Both the position numbers and the translations under genes were made by a program. From positions 864,001 to 928,000 of the forward strand of contig OY781092.1 in the NCBI GenBank assembly GCA_963676615.1: a stretch of 64,000 nucleotides of DNA. Reading direction: 5' to 3'. Source of the DNA: Candidatus Cloacimonadota bacterium. Its GTDB lineage: Bacteria; Cloacimonadota; Cloacimonadia; G963667145. Numbering within the stretch: the first letter of the stretch is position 1; every line of letters begins with the position of its first letter. Shown here in pieces: positions 62,431-64,000 of this stretch. The notes under the pieces were generated by a model, which made no database searches, was not told where the DNA came from, and saw only the letters and a program-made list of their open reading frames with translations.

Positions 62431-63516
62431 ATGAAAAAATTGCTACTATTTTTGCTCATTTTGGCAGTCAGTGTTTTTGGTTGCAAACAGAAGAAGGAAA
62501 CCGAGAAAAAAGAGCTGAATGTGGGCATTATCTACAGCGGAACTATCAACGACGGCGGCTGGTCGGAGGCTCACGACCACGGAATCGAAAAAATCAGAGA
62601 TTTGCCTTATGTAAAAAAAATCTTGAAAAAAGAGGATGTTCCCGAAACTTCCGACGCTGCCAAAATCTTGACACAGATGATCAAACTGGGCAAATGCAAC
62701 CTGATTTATTCGATCTCATTCGGCTTTATGGATCAGACCCTAAAAGTCGCCAAGCAGTTTCCCGAAGTGACTTTTATGCAATGCGCTGGCTACAAAGTCC
62801 TGCCAAATATGGGCGACTATTTCGGCAGAATGTATCAGGCAAAATATCTGGCTGGAATGATTGCCGGACTGATGACCAAAACCGACAAAATCGGCTATGT
62901 CGTGCCGATCCCGATTCCCGAAGTTTACAGAATGGTGGACGCTTTTGCGCTGGGAGTGAAAGCCGTGAACAAAGCCGCAAAAGTTTATGTGATTTGGATT
63001 GGCGAATGGTATAACGCGCCCAAAGAGATGGACGCCGCCAAGTCGATGATTGAGCAAGGTTGCGATGTCATCAGCCAAGGTGGCGACTCGCCCGGACCGC
63101 AAAAAGCCGCCGAAGCCGCAGGAGTTTGGTGCATCGGGCACGACACCGATATGGCAAAATACGCTCCCAACTCTATCCTCACATCCGCCATCTGGCACTG
63201 GGGCAAGATGTATAAAGACATCACCCAAGCAGTTCACGACGGCACCTGGAAAGCCCAAGGTCCAGCCGAATATTGGCCAGGACTGAAAGACGGCGTCGTA
63301 GGACTTGCACCTTTCTCCAAAAATGTTCCCGAATCTGTTCGGCAAAAAGTGGAAGCCGTCAAGGAGAAGTTCCTCTACGACAACTTCGAGCCGTTCGTCG
63401 GACCGCTCTACGACCAAAACGGCAAACTGATGGTCAAAGAGGGCGAAAAAATGACCGCCGAAGAGCTTTTGCGCATCGACTGGATGCTGGACAACATCAA
63501 AGGAAACCTAAAATAA
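62431..63516 (+). CDS. BMP-family ABC transporter substrate-binding lipoprotein (nucleoside/purine-binding type)
   Basis: Lipobox VFGC, DGGWSEAH, SFGF, YLAGMIAG, PIPEV; upstream TTGACA-N16-GATAAT and AGGAGG. Confidence 0.92.
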   Translation: MKKLLLFLLILAVSVFGCKQKKETEKKELNVGIIYSGTINDGGWSEAHDHGIEKIRDLPYVKKILKKEDVPETSDAAKILTQMIKLGKCNLIYSISFGFMDQTLKVAKQFPEVTFMQCAGYKVLPNMGDYFGRMYQAKYLAGMIAGLMTKTDKIGYVVPIPIPEVYRMVDAFALGVKAVNKAAKVYVIWIGEWYNAPKEMDAAKSMIEQGCDVISQGGDSPGPQKAAEAAGVWCIGHDTDMAKYAPNSILTSAIWHWGKMYKDITQAVHDGTWKAQGPAEYWPGLKDGVVGLAPFSKNVPESVRQKVEAVKEKFLYDNFEPFVGPLYDQNGKLMVKEGEKMTAEELLRIDWMLDNIKGNLK

Positions 63517-63528
63517 TTTCCGACAAAA

Positions 63529-63563
63529 AAAAGAGCCTGCTCAAAATTTGAACGGGCTCTTTT
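63529..63563. terminator. Bidirectional intrinsic terminator between the BMP gene and phoU
   Basis: AAAAGAGCCTGCTCA-aaatt-TGAACGGGCTCTTTT between convergent genes. Confidence 0.85.
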
Positions 63564-63577
63564 GCTATGCTTGATTT

Positions 63578-64000
63578 TTACTTAAACCAGTGCCGCACCT
63601 CTTTTCCCTCGTCGATAAAAATGCTGCCCTCGGCGATATTTGTCGTAAGGTCGGCTATCCGCTCGATATTTTTCGAAAAATTGTTAATCAAAAGCGCCTC
63701 CTCGATGCCAACTTTGTCCCGAATGAGCTTCCGCAGCACCTCGTCCTTGAGATTATCCACCACATCGTCCTGCCTGCAAACCTCTTTCGCCAAATCGCTA
63801 TCCTCGACAAAAAAACTTTTCAGCGAATCCAGAAACATACTTTTCGCCTTGTCCAGCATCTGCAAAATCTCATTTCGCAAAATATCTTTGCCGCTACTTT
63901 CCGCGAGTTTGCCGATAATCACCTTGTTGTTGTCGCACAAATCCGCTATCCGCTCCAAATCTGTGTTCACCTTGCGAATCATCAGCACCTCCCGCAAAGT
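63578..64000 (-). CDS. phoU: Phosphate signalling protein PhoU (partial, 5' end outside the window)
   Basis: DLERIAD, DDVVD, IERIADLTTNIAE...G.EVRH repeats. Confidence 0.9.
   Translation of the reverse strand, partial: TLREVLMIRKVNTDLERIADLCDNNKVIIGKLAESSGKDILRNEILQMLDKAKSMFLDSLKSFFVEDSDLAKEVCRQDDVVDNLKDEVLRKLIRDKVGIEEALLINNFSKNIERIADLTTNIAEGSIFIDEGKEVRHWFK

Overview
A 64-kb chromosomal segment from a diderm (lpxK, LptE-like, LpoB), anaerobic-looking (PFOR, iron-ADH, iron-sulfur flavoproteins) bacterium; the taxon cannot be fixed from sequence alone. Almost every gene is on the minus strand. Most content is housekeeping: cinA (partial), mscS, glmS, gatA/gatC, gpmI, dnaK/dnaJ/grpE, nifJ, liv ABC transporter, ligA, trpS, lpxK, ktrAB, adk, secA, tRNA-Ile2(CAT), iscR-iscS-iscU-cysteine synthase and phoU (partial). 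The strongest non-routine signal is upstream of a methionine-biosynthesis operon (DUF39 homocysteine-forming enzyme, UPF0280/ApbE-like, metF, split metH). It is a short Met-rich leader ORF (MMRMSGMMCM...) that is not in the ORF track, with mutually exclusive 1:2, 2:3 and 3:4 (terminator) helices, i.e. a candidate ribosome-dependent methionine attenuator. Other notable items: four tandem diverged stand-alone Aas-type acyl-ACP synthetases; two duplicated iron-sulfur flavoprotein genes plus an iron-ADH inside the CIRCE-preceded grpE-dnaK-dnaJ cluster; an intact IS256-family element (24-bp TIRs, 8-bp TSD) sitting between a pair of REP/dRS3-like hairpins; a repeat motif bracketing the liv block; and a 1-nt frameshift at the start of livM.
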